The position numbers and the translations under genes were made by a program. A stretch of 24,054 bases of DNA, from positions 1 to 24,054 of the IMG/VR virus record IMGVR_UViG_3300048880_000309; one strand, 5' to 3'. Below the pieces are notes generated by a model. It was not told the DNA's origin, searched no databases, and saw nothing but the letters and a program-made list of their open reading frames with translations. Source of the DNA: a virus. Lineage: Duplodnaviria; Caudoviricetes. Positions 1 to 8,266 of this stretch are shown here, piece by piece. Each line of letters starts with the position of its first letter. The first letter of the stretch is position 1.

Positions 1-666
1 CTAGCTCTTACACCATGCAAGTCAGATATTGAGGGAGACTTTGATCCCCAATCTTCAATGGCAATGAAAGCCCGCGTAGTTTCGAAAGGACTACAAAAAA
101 TAACTATGCCCATAGCCAATTCGCAAAGCGCACTCTTAGTACTGAATCAGTTAAAGACCAACATGACGAACAACTTTGTAGAGAGAAAGATGACTCCCTA
201 CGTTACTCCAGGTGGAATGACACTTGCTTATTCATATTCATTGCGTATTTGGCTAGCAGGAAGCAAAGCGAAAGCCTCTTTTCTAGAAGACGAAAGAGGG
301 TTTAGAGTAGGATCTCAAGTAAAAGCGACAATAAAGAAGTCGCGCTTCGGCTCAGAGGGAAGAAAGTGTGAATTTAAAATTTTATGGGCCGGGGGTGAAG
401 TTGGTGTCCAAGATGAAGAGTCCTGGCTGGACGCAATCAAAAGCTCTCCCAAAATAGTAGTTGGAGGAGCATGGTATACCCTGATTGGCGAAGGAGGTGA
501 AGAACGCAAGTTCCAGCGAAAAAACTGGAGAGAGGAACTAAAAGATCCCGACTTCAAAAAGGCCATCCTGGACATCATCGATGAAGAAGTTATTGTCAAG
601 TTTGATGAGCGTGGTGGGGACGCAAGTCAATATTATGACAATGATGAAAAGGGGGAGGAACTTTAA
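1..666 (+). CDS. RecA/UvsX-like recombinase, C-terminal part (5' truncated by the window edge)
   Basis: Frame is open from base 1 (LALTPCKSDIEGDFDPQSSMAMKAR), resembling the RecA segment after Walker B. Also LNQ, TPGG, SLRIWL, KSRFG and GAWY motifs. Confidence 0.88.
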   Translation, partial: LALTPCKSDIEGDFDPQSSMAMKARVVSKGLQKITMPIANSQSALLVLNQLKTNMTNNFVERKMTPYVTPGGMTLAYSYSLRIWLAGSKAKASFLEDERGFRVGSQVKATIKKSRFGSEGRKCEFKILWAGGEVGVQDEESWLDAIKSSPKIVVGGAWYTLIGEGGEERKFQRKNWREELKDPDFKKAILDIIDEEVIVKFDERGGDASQYYDNDEKGEEL

Positions 667-764
667 GTGCAATATAACAAGTTTTTAATTTGGTATGTTG
701 CGGTTCCTAGAGAACGGAGGCAAGGGGGGATTACCCTTGCTTGAAAAAGCAACTTCGTTTTCGG

Positions 765-805
765 AAAGGGGCAGAGGACATAAAAAATTCTTTGCCCCTT
801 TTTTT
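765..805 (+). terminator. Intrinsic terminator-like hairpin
   Basis: AAAGGGGCAGAGGA (765-778) pairs with TTCTTTGCCCCTTT (788-801), including G-U pairs, around a 9-nt loop and runs into a T tract. Confidence 0.65.
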
Positions 806-810
806 ATATC

Positions 811-884
811 TGGCCTATAGCTCAGATGGCAAGAGCTTCCGGCTCATAACCGGATGGTCGCAGGTTCGAATCCTGCTGGGCCCA
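811..884 (+). tRNA. tRNA with CAT anticodon, most likely tRNA-Ile2 (lysidine type); Met not excluded
   Basis: Cloverleaf: D stem GCTC/GAGC, anticodon arm TCCGG-CT-CAT-AA-CCGGA (CAT at 845-847), T arm GCAGG-TTCGAAT-CCTGC, acceptor TGGCCTA/TGGGCCC, A73. The GGCTCATAACCG arm resembles bacterial Ile2. No encoded CCA. Confidence 0.9.
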
Positions 885-924
885 GACCTAAGCAGACAAC
901 ACTCAAAAAGGAGAACAAAACAAA

Positions 925-1173
925 ATGAAAAAAAATCCATATGAACTTAGATTTGATATCTACCAAGCAGCAGAATCCAGACTCCAACAGCAATATGTAG
1001 ACGAATTGGACGACTTTCGACGTACAGTCGAAGTTATTCATGACTCTAGGGACGATGTAGGTGCCACAACAACTAGTTTTGGTCCCGACGATAGGCCCAA
1101 GTTTCCTTCCCTTGAAGAAGTATTTGAAGAAGCGCAGAAGATCAAGTCCTTTGTTGAAAACAAGGACAGCTAA
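925..1173 (+). CDS. Hypothetical phage protein (NPYELR...FPSLEEV type)
   Basis: 82-aa ORF with AAGGAG RBS, filling the gap between two tRNA genes. Confidence 0.75.
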   Translation: MKKNPYELRFDIYQAAESRLQQQYVDELDDFRRTVEVIHDSRDDVGATTTSFGPDDRPKFPSLEEVFEEAQKIKSFVENKDS

Positions 1174-1204
1174 AAACTAATTTTTCATTACTGCTTAGGT
1201 CAAT

Positions 1205-1281
1205 GTTGGTGTAGCTTAAATGGCAAAGCTGCTTATATCGTATTATGATAAGAGATATGGGTTCGAATCCTATCACCAACG
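1205..1281 (+). tRNA. tRNA-like gene with a non-canonical, expanded anticodon arm; identity undetermined
   Basis: Perfect acceptor GTTGGTG/CACCAAC, D arm GCTT-AAATGGCA-AAGC, T arm ATGGG-TTCGAAT-CCTAT and G73. The anticodon stem CTTAT/ATAAG encloses 11 nt (ATCGTATTATG) instead of 7. Confidence 0.75.
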
Positions 1282-1290
1282 TAAGAGGTA

Positions 1291-1812
1291 ATGATGAAAA
1301 CACAAATATGTTACATGTGCAAAGAAGAATTTCCATTGACTGCTGAGTTTTTTTATGTAAATAAAAAAAGCAAAACAGGGCTTGCGGGTGCGTGTAAAAA
1401 ATGCAAGCTAGAATATCAAAAGGAACGTCATAGCAGGCCAGAAGTTAAAGAACACAGACAAGAACAGCGAAAAAAATATTATGGAAAACCAGAAGTTAGA
1501 ATCCGCCAATCATGGACAGAAGCCAAAATAAGGTCCAAAGAAAAAGAAATGGAATTTTCAATAATTTGGGAAAAATGGCCATACATGTGCTTACAGCCGT
1601 GTGAATATTGTGGAATAGAAGCTCTAAGTTATGAAAAATCGGAAGGCTGGCCAAACGTCAACGGCATAGATCGAATAGATTCTAACAGAGGTTACACTCT
1701 AGACAATGTTGTGACGTGCTGTGGTACATGCAACCGCATGAAAATGGACCACACTCAGCAAGAATTTTTCGAACAAGCAAAAAGAATAGTGGAGCATATG
1801 AATGCCACATAG
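1291..1812 (+). CDS. HNH homing endonuclease-like protein
   Basis: N-terminal CxxC...CxxC, then CEYC and GIDRIDSNRGYTLDNVVTCCGTCNRMK (beta-beta-alpha-metal motif); GAGG RBS. Confidence 0.88.
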   Translation: MMKTQICYMCKEEFPLTAEFFYVNKKSKTGLAGACKKCKLEYQKERHSRPEVKEHRQEQRKKYYGKPEVRIRQSWTEAKIRSKEKEMEFSIIWEKWPYMCLQPCEYCGIEALSYEKSEGWPNVNGIDRIDSNRGYTLDNVVTCCGTCNRMKMDHTQQEFFEQAKRIVEHMNAT

Positions 1813-2062
1813 GACAAAAAATAAAAAAGATAAGAATCTTGACAAAGTAATTAAGAAGGACTTCAAAGGCAAACTCCGTGTTGCAAGAATAGAAGAACAG
1901 CCAGACGGCTCAGCAAAAGTCATTTTTGATATTGACGATGATTTCAAAGACTGGTTCAAAGACTGGCAAGGAATGAAACGCTGGAGCAGAAAAAGATTTG
2001 AAATAGTCCTAGTCGAAGCTCTAGAAAATTTTATGAGAAAGGAAAAGAAAAATGAAATGTAG
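1802..2062 (+). CDS. Hypothetical protein
   Basis: 86-aa ORF, GGAG upstream, short overlaps with both neighbours. Confidence 0.7.
   Translation: MPHRTKNKKDKNLDKVIKKDFKGKLRVARIEEQPDGSAKVIFDIDDDFKDWFKDWQGMKRWSRKRFEIVLVEALENFMRKEKKNEM
1943..1966. repeat. Exact 12-bp tandem duplication TTCAAAGACTGG x2 (FKDW-FKDW)
   Basis: Read directly; in frame within ORF 1802-2062. Confidence 0.8.
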
Positions 2063-2243
2063 ACCTAAAGTAAACTTGGTGTGGACTTTTCACAATATTG
2101 TCGCACACCCCATATCAGAAATAGTTTATCTTGCTGCTTGTGCGGCAGGATTTGCAAAATTTGAGGTTCTGTCTGATTGCCTGGAACAGGCTTCGGGCTA
2201 TATTCACGACGCAACAATACCAAAAGGAAAGGAAACAAAATGA
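2052..2243 (+). CDS. Hypothetical protein
   Basis: 63-aa ORF with AAGGA upstream; its TGA overlaps the next ATG (ATGA). Confidence 0.65.
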   Translation: MKCRPKVNLVWTFHNIVAHPISEIVYLAACAAGFAKFEVLSDCLEQASGYIHDATIPKGKETK

Positions 2244-2413
2244 ATTGGAAAACAGTAAAAAGATATAAAACTTTTGAAGAAGCAGACAAAAGAAGAAATG
2301 AGCTAGTTGAAGAAGGGCAAACTGCAAAAGTACGAAGGTACGTCAACAAAACCGGAGAAAGGTTTGAAGTCAAAGTACCGGCAACAAAGCCCAGCAAAAA
2401 GGAAAAAGAATGA
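2240..2413 (+). CDS. Small basic hypothetical protein (MNWKTVKRYKTFEEAD...)
   Basis: Start moved to ATG 2240, which has an AAGGA RBS and ATGA overlaps at both ends. Confidence 0.7.
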   Translation: MNWKTVKRYKTFEEADKRRNELVEEGQTAKVRRYVNKTGERFEVKVPATKPSKKEKE

Positions 2414-2706
2414 AAGCTTCAGGCAGAGTCATCATGACAGTAGACCGCATAGAAGAAAAAGAAGAAACAGTCAATCACCCCTCCCATTACAATTATGGCA
2501 AGATTGAAGTTATTGAAGCTGTGACAGATTGGAAACTAGGCTTCTGTGATGGAAACGTAATTAAGTATGTCGTTAGGCATAAGCACAAAGGCGCTCCAAT
2601 TGAAGATTTAAAGAAGGCTCGTTGGTACTTGGACTTCCTAATTAATAAGTACGAAGAAGAAGCAAACAGAAAAATGAATGGAACCTATGATCCGGGCAAA
2701 GTTTAA
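2410..2706 (+). CDS. DUF3310 family protein (T7 gp1.7 nucleotide kinase-like)
   Basis: VNHPSHY...IEVIE...GFCDGNVIKYVVRHKHK...EDLKKARWYL signature. Confidence 0.85.
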   Translation: MKASGRVIMTVDRIEEKEETVNHPSHYNYGKIEVIEAVTDWKLGFCDGNVIKYVVRHKHKGAPIEDLKKARWYLDFLINKYEEEANRKMNGTYDPGKV

Positions 2707-2723
2707 CAGCACAGGACAAAAAA

Positions 2724-3017
2724 ATGTTAAAACAAAACGAAGTAACAGGCGAAATTTTTATGATTGACTTGTCTCTAGAACAAATAATGGCAAGCTTTAA
2801 GCATCCATTCCGTCCTTATGACAAAGGAAACAAGAAACAAGCCTCCCAGGAACTAAAAGAGTACATGGAAAGAAAAAAACTTTCTTTTGTCTATTGCAAC
2901 AACCATAGCGGAACCTTCTATAAAATACCAGCCAGTGCATTTCACATAATAAAAGAAGATACTTCAGGACTATACACAGAAAAAGACTCCCTAGTAGGAA
3001 TTGGCAGAAACCTGTAG
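2724..3017 (+). CDS. Hypothetical protein
   Basis: 97-aa ORF with AGGA RBS. Confidence 0.65.
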   Translation: MLKQNEVTGEIFMIDLSLEQIMASFKHPFRPYDKGNKKQASQELKEYMERKKLSFVYCNNHSGTFYKIPASAFHIIKEDTSGLYTEKDSLVGIGRNL

Positions 3018-3034
3018 CACAATAAGGATCTATA

Positions 3035-3256
3035 ATGCAAACCTGTAAGAACTGTAAATGGAATATCCCCCGCGAAGACTCCGATGACATTGAACTATGT
3101 TCTTTTATTAATTTATCTGTTACCTGTGACTTTGTGTTTTCTTTTGCGAAAACAATGAAGCACCTAGAAGACCCCTTAATAAAATTGAAAGATCTAATGA
3201 CCGAAGAACAAGAAAGGAACGGCATTACTTGCAATTTTTGGGATGCAGAGGACTAG
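3035..3256 (+). CDS. Small Cys-rich hypothetical protein
   Basis: 73-aa ORF with AAGGA RBS; CKNC...C...C...C pattern. Confidence 0.65.
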   Translation: MQTCKNCKWNIPREDSDDIELCSFINLSVTCDFVFSFAKTMKHLEDPLIKLKDLMTEEQERNGITCNFWDAED

Positions 3257-3260
3257 ACTG

Positions 3261-3333
3261 GGCTCTGTGGCCCAATGGCAGAGGCAGCAGACTTAAAATC
3301 TGTTCAGTGTCGGTTCGAGTCCGACCAGAGCTA
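3261..3333 (+). tRNA. tRNA-Leu(TAA) with short variable loop
   Basis: Acceptor GGCTCTG/CAGAGCT, D stem GCC/GGC, anticodon arm GCAGA-CT-TAA-AA-TCTGT (TAA at 3294-3296), 5-nt variable loop, T arm GTCGG-TTCGAGT-CCGAC, A73. No encoded CCA. Confidence 0.92.
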
Positions 3334-3353
3334 TAGAAAAAGTGGGAATAAAT

Positions 3354-3665
3354 ATGCCTTTTGCAAAAAGAAAAGAACCATATTACTTTAATCGCATAAA
3401 TTTGAGGGTGGAGTCTTACGGAGGCGACTGTCCAGTTCAAATGGAAGGCTTCATAGGAAAAAGACCTTTTTATTTGAGAGGCAGAGGAGAAATAACATCC
3501 CTAGAAATATTTGCAGACAAGCCCTTTGGGGAGACTATATTTTATTATGATGCTATAACCCACCCCGACACGGCATATGGCGCAGGCTATCAAACAGACG
3601 AAGAGGTCCGGAGCTTTCTTGAAGAGGCCTTGAAGCATTATCGCCTTGAAAATATATCTCCTTGA
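3354..3665 (+). CDS. Hypothetical protein (CPVQxEG...FYLRGR motif)
   Basis: ORF fills the gap between tRNA-Leu and the next promoter; start uncertain (GTG 3342 or ATG 3354). Confidence 0.7.
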   Translation: MPFAKRKEPYYFNRINLRVESYGGDCPVQMEGFIGKRPFYLRGRGEITSLEIFADKPFGETIFYYDAITHPDTAYGAGYQTDEEVRSFLEEALKHYRLENISP

Positions 3666-3690
3666 CAATCTATTTGTCATATGCTACAGT
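3662..3690 (+). promoter_or_regulatory. Sigma70-type promoter with extended -10
   Basis: TTGACA (3662-3667), 17-nt spacer ending TGC, TACAGT (3685-3690); upstream of the exonuclease RBS. Confidence 0.75.
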
Positions 3691-3711
3691 TTATAACCAA
3701 GAGAGGAAAAC

Positions 3712-4683
3712 ATGTCAAAAAAAAGAATTGTTATTGTTGATGCTCTGAATGTCTACATAAGATCATACATCGTAAATCCCTCCATCTCTGAGAATGGAAA
3801 CCCCGTCGGAGGAATAAGGGGCTTCTTGGGCTTTATGCAAAGCTTCTGCCAAGAAATAAAGCCAGATCGCATTGTAATTGTCTGGGACGGAGAGGGCGGT
3901 TCAAGAAAGAAGAGACAACTAAATAAAAATTATAAACAAGGCCGCAAGCCCATCAGCCTTCGCAACTTAAATCGCTCTGCCCAAATTCTTACAGAAGAAC
4001 AGGAACAAGAAAATAGAGCATATCAGCAAAAAAGGCTAATGGCCTATCTATATGAGATGCCTGTGTCTCAAATTAGGCTTGAAGGAGTAGAGGCTGATGA
4101 CATCATTGCTCACGTTTGTAATGTTATGCATGGCTGGGAGAAAGTAATCATCTCCAGCGACAAAGATTTCATCCAGCTTTGCAATGATGAGACTGTATTA
4201 TATAGGCCAGTACAAAAAGAGGTATTAAATAAAAAAAGAGTCATAGAAAAATATGGCATTGCTCCCGACAACTTTGCATTGGCTCGTGCCATGGCCGGAG
4301 ATGTATCCGACAACCTTCCAGGCATACCTCGCGTCGGCCTCAAGACAATAGCCAACCGCTTCCCTTTCTTTAGAGAACATCGCGGAGTCTGCTTTGATTT
4401 ATTGTATCAAGCTTGCAAAGATTCAGACAGCAAAGCAAAAATATTTTCAAATGTCTTAGAGCATAAAGACAAGATAGAATTAAATTATAAAATAATGCAA
4501 CTCTACAGCCCAGATTTAGAACATAGAGAAAAGTATATAATTAAAGAAAACCTCACTTCAAACATTCTTCGCCTCAACAGAACAGAGATATATAAGATGA
4601 TGGGCAATGATGGATTCTTTGGCGACCTTGAAATTCTGTTCTCCTATTTTAGAAGAATTATTAATTCTGGAGTCACTGTCTAA
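3712..4683 (+). CDS. 5'-3' exonuclease / phage RNase H (PolA 5'-exo, T4 Rnh family)
   Basis: IVIVDALN, VWDG, NYKQGR, EADDII, SSDKDFIQL and GDVSDNLPGIPRVGLKT (H3TH) motifs. Confidence 0.93.
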   Translation: MSKKRIVIVDALNVYIRSYIVNPSISENGNPVGGIRGFLGFMQSFCQEIKPDRIVIVWDGEGGSRKKRQLNKNYKQGRKPISLRNLNRSAQILTEEQEQENRAYQQKRLMAYLYEMPVSQIRLEGVEADDIIAHVCNVMHGWEKVIISSDKDFIQLCNDETVLYRPVQKEVLNKKRVIEKYGIAPDNFALARAMAGDVSDNLPGIPRVGLKTIANRFPFFREHRGVCFDLLYQACKDSDSKAKIFSNVLEHKDKIELNYKIMQLYSPDLEHREKYIIKENLTSNILRLNRTEIYKMMGNDGFFGDLEILFSYFRRIINSGVTV

Positions 4684-4953
4684 ATGAGTCGCAAATGGAC
4701 CAGAACAGAAGAAAAAAATAATCTTTCTTTTCCACTAATAGAGTACAAGCTAAGTGACGAACCCTGCTCAGTAAGATGCTGCTTCAATACCTACGACCAA
4801 GGACACACATATAAAAGAAGTGGATGGGACGTTGTCTGTCTAAAGGACGATTATTATTCAATTTCTGTTGAAAGAGTCGCTTGGTTTCGACATCTCAGAG
4901 ATGCTCAACATTGGGTAGAAATGGGAACATTTTTTTTCAAAAATTCTTCTTGA
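4684..4953 (+). CDS. Hypothetical protein
   Basis: 89-aa ORF abutting the upstream stop (TAAATG), GGAG upstream. Confidence 0.6.
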   Translation: MSRKWTRTEEKNNLSFPLIEYKLSDEPCSVRCCFNTYDQGHTYKRSGWDVVCLKDDYYSISVERVAWFRHLRDAQHWVEMGTFFFKNSS

Positions 4954-4978
4954 CATCTTCCTTTCTAACTGCTACACT
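4950..4978 (+). promoter_or_regulatory. Sigma70-type promoter with extended -10
   Basis: TTGACA (4950-4955), 17-nt spacer ending TGC, TACACT (4973-4978). Confidence 0.78.
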
Positions 4979-5018
4979 GCTATTTATTTCAACCCACAAA
5001 ACCTTTCAGGAGAAACAC

Positions 5019-6401
5019 ATGGCAATGCCGCATGAGAAGATTGATTTTGCCAAATTCGGTAGATTCTTTCAAGAAGACTTGTGCAGAATAATGCTAGATG
5101 ATAGGCAGTTCTGTGATCAAATTGGCGAAGTCTTTAAGACAGAATTTCTTGAACAAAAATATCTTCAACTATTTGCTAAGAAACTTTATGAGTACAAAAA
5201 AGACTTCGGAACCCACCCCAGCAGGAGAACATTTGAAACAATCATTAAGGCAGGACTAGACGGAGAAAATGAAGCAGCAATAAAACAAATAAAAGAATTT
5301 TATATAAGAATCACCACCGAAGACCCTGACCACGAAGGCGAAGAACATGTAAAAAAGATGTCTCTAGATTTTTGTCGCAAGCAAAATATTAAAAAGTCTA
5401 TGGTCAAGATGATTCAACTCCTCCAAAACTGCTCTTTTGAGGAAATAAGTCAAGAAATAAATAAAGCTCTCAAGATGGGGTCAACCAATGACCTGGGCTA
5501 TGAGTACGTCACAGACTTTGAAGCAAGATATGAAAGAAGGCAAAGAAACCCCATAACAACAGGCTGGAAACCAATCGACAGAATACTCGGAGGAGGCCTG
5601 GGAGTCGGAGAATTAGGCGTTGTCATAGCTCCAACCGGCGTAGGGAAAAGCATGGCCCTTGTTCACCTAGCAGCCCAAGCCCTTCTAGAAGGAAAGAATG
5701 TAATCTATTATACCCTCGAATTAGAAGATAAAGTAGTCGGCACAAGATTCGACAGTTGCATCACAGGCGTCAGGCTCGACACACTCAAAGCTTGCAAAGG
5801 AGCAATACTAAATAAAATACAAAGCCTTGACGGAAATTTAATCATAAAAGAGTACCCAACAAAGAATGCCTCAACAGAGACTATCAAAAATCACATCTTG
5901 AGAACAAAGACAACCAAGTTCGATCCAGACGTAATCCTTGTAGACTATGCAGACCTCTTAAGGCCAGTAAGACAACTAAAAGAAACTAGGCAAGAACTCC
6001 AAGAGATGTATGAAGAACTGCGAGGCATAGCAAAACTTTATAATTGTTCTGTTTGGACAGCCTCACAGACAAACAGAGGCGGTCTTAATGCCGAAGTCAT
6101 TACTATGGAATCTATTTCTGAGGCATTCAACAAATGTTTTGTGGCCGACTTCATCTTTTCTATTTCCCGAACAGCCGACGACATGAACGAAAATTCAGGC
6201 CGAATCTTTATAGCCAAAAATAGAAATGGTCCCACCGGCTATGTTTATAGTATAGAGATGGACACAGCCAAGGTACTAATTAAAGTTCTTGACGAAGATC
6301 CCAAGTCTCCAAAAGAAATAACAGAAAAAGCTTCCAAGAGGCAAGAAAAATTATTAAAAGAAAAATACGAAGAATTCAAAAAAGAAAGGAAAACTACTTA
6401 A
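5019..6401 (+). CDS. dnaB: DnaB-like (SF4) replicative helicase
   Basis: ITTGW, Walker A APTGVGKS, YTLEL, LVDYAD, ASQTNR and KNRNGP motifs. Start placed at ATG 5019, after the AGGAG RBS and the promoter. Confidence 0.93.
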   Translation: MAMPHEKIDFAKFGRFFQEDLCRIMLDDRQFCDQIGEVFKTEFLEQKYLQLFAKKLYEYKKDFGTHPSRRTFETIIKAGLDGENEAAIKQIKEFYIRITTEDPDHEGEEHVKKMSLDFCRKQNIKKSMVKMIQLLQNCSFEEISQEINKALKMGSTNDLGYEYVTDFEARYERRQRNPITTGWKPIDRILGGGLGVGELGVVIAPTGVGKSMALVHLAAQALLEGKNVIYYTLELEDKVVGTRFDSCITGVRLDTLKACKGAILNKIQSLDGNLIIKEYPTKNASTETIKNHILRTKTTKFDPDVILVDYADLLRPVRQLKETRQELQEMYEELRGIAKLYNCSVWTASQTNRGGLNAEVITMESISEAFNKCFVADFIFSISRTADDMNENSGRIFIAKNRNGPTGYVYSIEMDTAKVLIKVLDEDPKSPKEITEKASKRQEKLLKEKYEEFKKERKTT

Positions 6402-8266
6402 TGGAGCAATCTAATCAGATTCTATCAGACATCACACACTATATGAAGTACGCCAAGTATCTCCCAGAGAAAAAGCGCAGAGAAACATGGCACGAAACTG
6501 TAGCAAGAAACCACCTTATGCACAGGACAAATAAAAAATTTAATGGCCTTGCAGACGAACTGTCCGAAGCCTACAAGTATGTCTATGATCGCAAAGTGCT
6601 GCCCTCAATGCGCTCCATGCAATTTGCAGGCAAACCTATTTCCAACAATCCCTCTCGTATCTTCAACTGCGCCTATCTCCCAGCAGACGACTGGAGGACC
6701 TTCTCAGAGATTATGTTCCTATTGCTCGGCGGAACAGGCGTCGGCTTCAGTGTCCAAAGGCATCATGTCGAAAAGATGCCAGAAATTAAAAGACCGTCAC
6801 CTCGCAAGAGGCGATACCTAATCGGAGACAGCATTGAAGGTTGGGCTGACGCTGTAAAACATTTGGTCAAATCCTATTTCTATGGCACTTCGGAAGTTGT
6901 CTTTGATTATTCTGACATACGCGCCAAAGGTTCCAGGCTAATTACTTCCGGCGGCAAAGCTCCCGGCCCACAGCCGCTGCATGATTGCCTGCACAACCTA
7001 AGAAAGATTCTAAACCAAAAGCAAACAGGCGACAAACTCTCTACTCTTGAAGTTCATGACATGATTTGCTATATTGCAGACGCAGTCCTTGCTGGTGGAA
7101 TTAGAAGGGCTGCCCTTCTGTCTCTCTTTTCTTTTGACGACGAAGACATGCTCTCTTGCAAGTTTGGCAAGTGGTGGGAAAAGCAGCCCCAACGAGCAAG
7201 GGCAAACAATTCTGTCACAGTCCTACGTCACAGAATAGAAGAAGAAGAGTTCCAAGAACTGTGGCAGAAGATTAAAGCAGGAGGAGCCGGGGAACCAGGA
7301 ATATATTTTACAAACAATCAAGACTGGGGCTGCAATCCCTGTTGTGAAATAGCCCTGCGACCTTTCCAGTTCTGTAATTTGACGACAATTGATGCCTCAG
7401 ACCTTGAAACACAAGAACAACTTGAAGAACGAGTACGTGCTGCTGCCTTCATTGGAACCATCCAGGCCAGTTACACAGACTTTCACTACCTCAGGGACGT
7501 GTGGCGCAGGAACACAGAAAAAGATTCTCTCATTGGGGTCTCTATGACTGGCATTTGTTCTGGCAAAGTTCTTGACCTGGATCTCAAAGCAGCTTCAAAA
7601 GTAGTAAAGGAGGAAAATGAACGTGTCTCAAAAATTATCGGAATCAACAAAGGTGCAAGAACCACTTGCATTAAGCCGGAAGGTACGGCTAGCCTTGTTT
7701 TGGGTTGCTCGTCGGGCATTCATGCGTGGCATGCGAATACATATATCCGTCGTATACGCGTTGGAAAGAATGAGCCGATTTACCAGTACCTTCAAGAAAG
7801 ACACCCGCAACTAGTTGAAGACGATTATTTTAAACCACATATACAAGCCGTCATCAGCATCCCACAGAAGGCACCTCATGGCTCTATTTTGAGGTCTGAA
7901 GATGTCTCTGCTATGCTAGGTCGAATAAAGCACTTCAGCAGAGAATGGGTGCGCCCTGGACACTCTAGCGGTCAAAACAGGCACAATGTCTCAGCCACAG
8001 TCAGTGTCAAAGAAGACGAATGGCAAAAGGTAGGTGCCTGGATGTGGAAGAACAGACTATTTTATAATGGCCTAGCAGTTCTTCCTCACGACGGAGGCAC
8101 ATATACTCAAGCACCATTTGAAGATTGCGACGAAGATACCTATATTAAAATGATGGAGTCCCTCACAGAGGTAGACCTCTCACAGATAAAAGAAGAAGAA
8201 GACAACACAAACTTGAAGGGCGAGTTAGCTTGTTCTGGCGGTGTGTGCAACATTACAGAACTATAA
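6401..8266 (+). CDS. nrdJ: Class II (adenosylcobalamin-dependent) ribonucleotide reductase
   Basis: RRETW, LPSMR, FNCAY, GGTGVGFSV, GGIRRAA, GEPG, NPCCEI (radical Cys), CNLT, TCIKPEGT and C-terminal ACSGGVC; no beta-subunit gene nearby. Confidence 0.92.
   Translation: MEQSNQILSDITHYMKYAKYLPEKKRRETWHETVARNHLMHRTNKKFNGLADELSEAYKYVYDRKVLPSMRSMQFAGKPISNNPSRIFNCAYLPADDWRTFSEIMFLLLGGTGVGFSVQRHHVEKMPEIKRPSPRKRRYLIGDSIEGWADAVKHLVKSYFYGTSEVVFDYSDIRAKGSRLITSGGKAPGPQPLHDCLHNLRKILNQKQTGDKLSTLEVHDMICYIADAVLAGGIRRAALLSLFSFDDEDMLSCKFGKWWEKQPQRARANNSVTVLRHRIEEEEFQELWQKIKAGGAGEPGIYFTNNQDWGCNPCCEIALRPFQFCNLTTIDASDLETQEQLEERVRAAAFIGTIQASYTDFHYLRDVWRRNTEKDSLIGVSMTGICSGKVLDLDLKAASKVVKEENERVSKIIGINKGARTTCIKPEGTASLVLGCSSGIHAWHANTYIRRIRVGKNEPIYQYLQERHPQLVEDDYFKPHIQAVISIPQKAPHGSILRSEDVSAMLGRIKHFSREWVRPGHSSGQNRHNVSATVSVKEDEWQKVGAWMWKNRLFYNGLAVLPHDGGTYTQAPFEDCDEDTYIKMMESLTEVDLSQIKEEEDNTNLKGELACSGGVCNITEL

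Noticed and set aside
695-820. 41-codon ORF MLRFLENGGKGG... in the structured intergenic region
   Set aside because: No RBS, and it overlaps the terminator and tRNA.
741-944. 67-aa + ORF, plus minus-strand ORFs 844-1041, 1142-1336 and 3225-3440
   Set aside because: They run through tRNA genes or the terminator; the translations are typical tRNA shadows.
1839-1870. TTGACA at 1839 (also 20164 and 22979) as promoters
   Set aside because: No acceptable -10 hexamer at 16-18 nt spacing; 20164 has TAGAAA, which lacks the final T.
4881-5018. Longer TTG start for the helicase
   Set aside because: It spans the upstream gene and the promoter at 4950; ATG 5019 has the AGGAG RBS.
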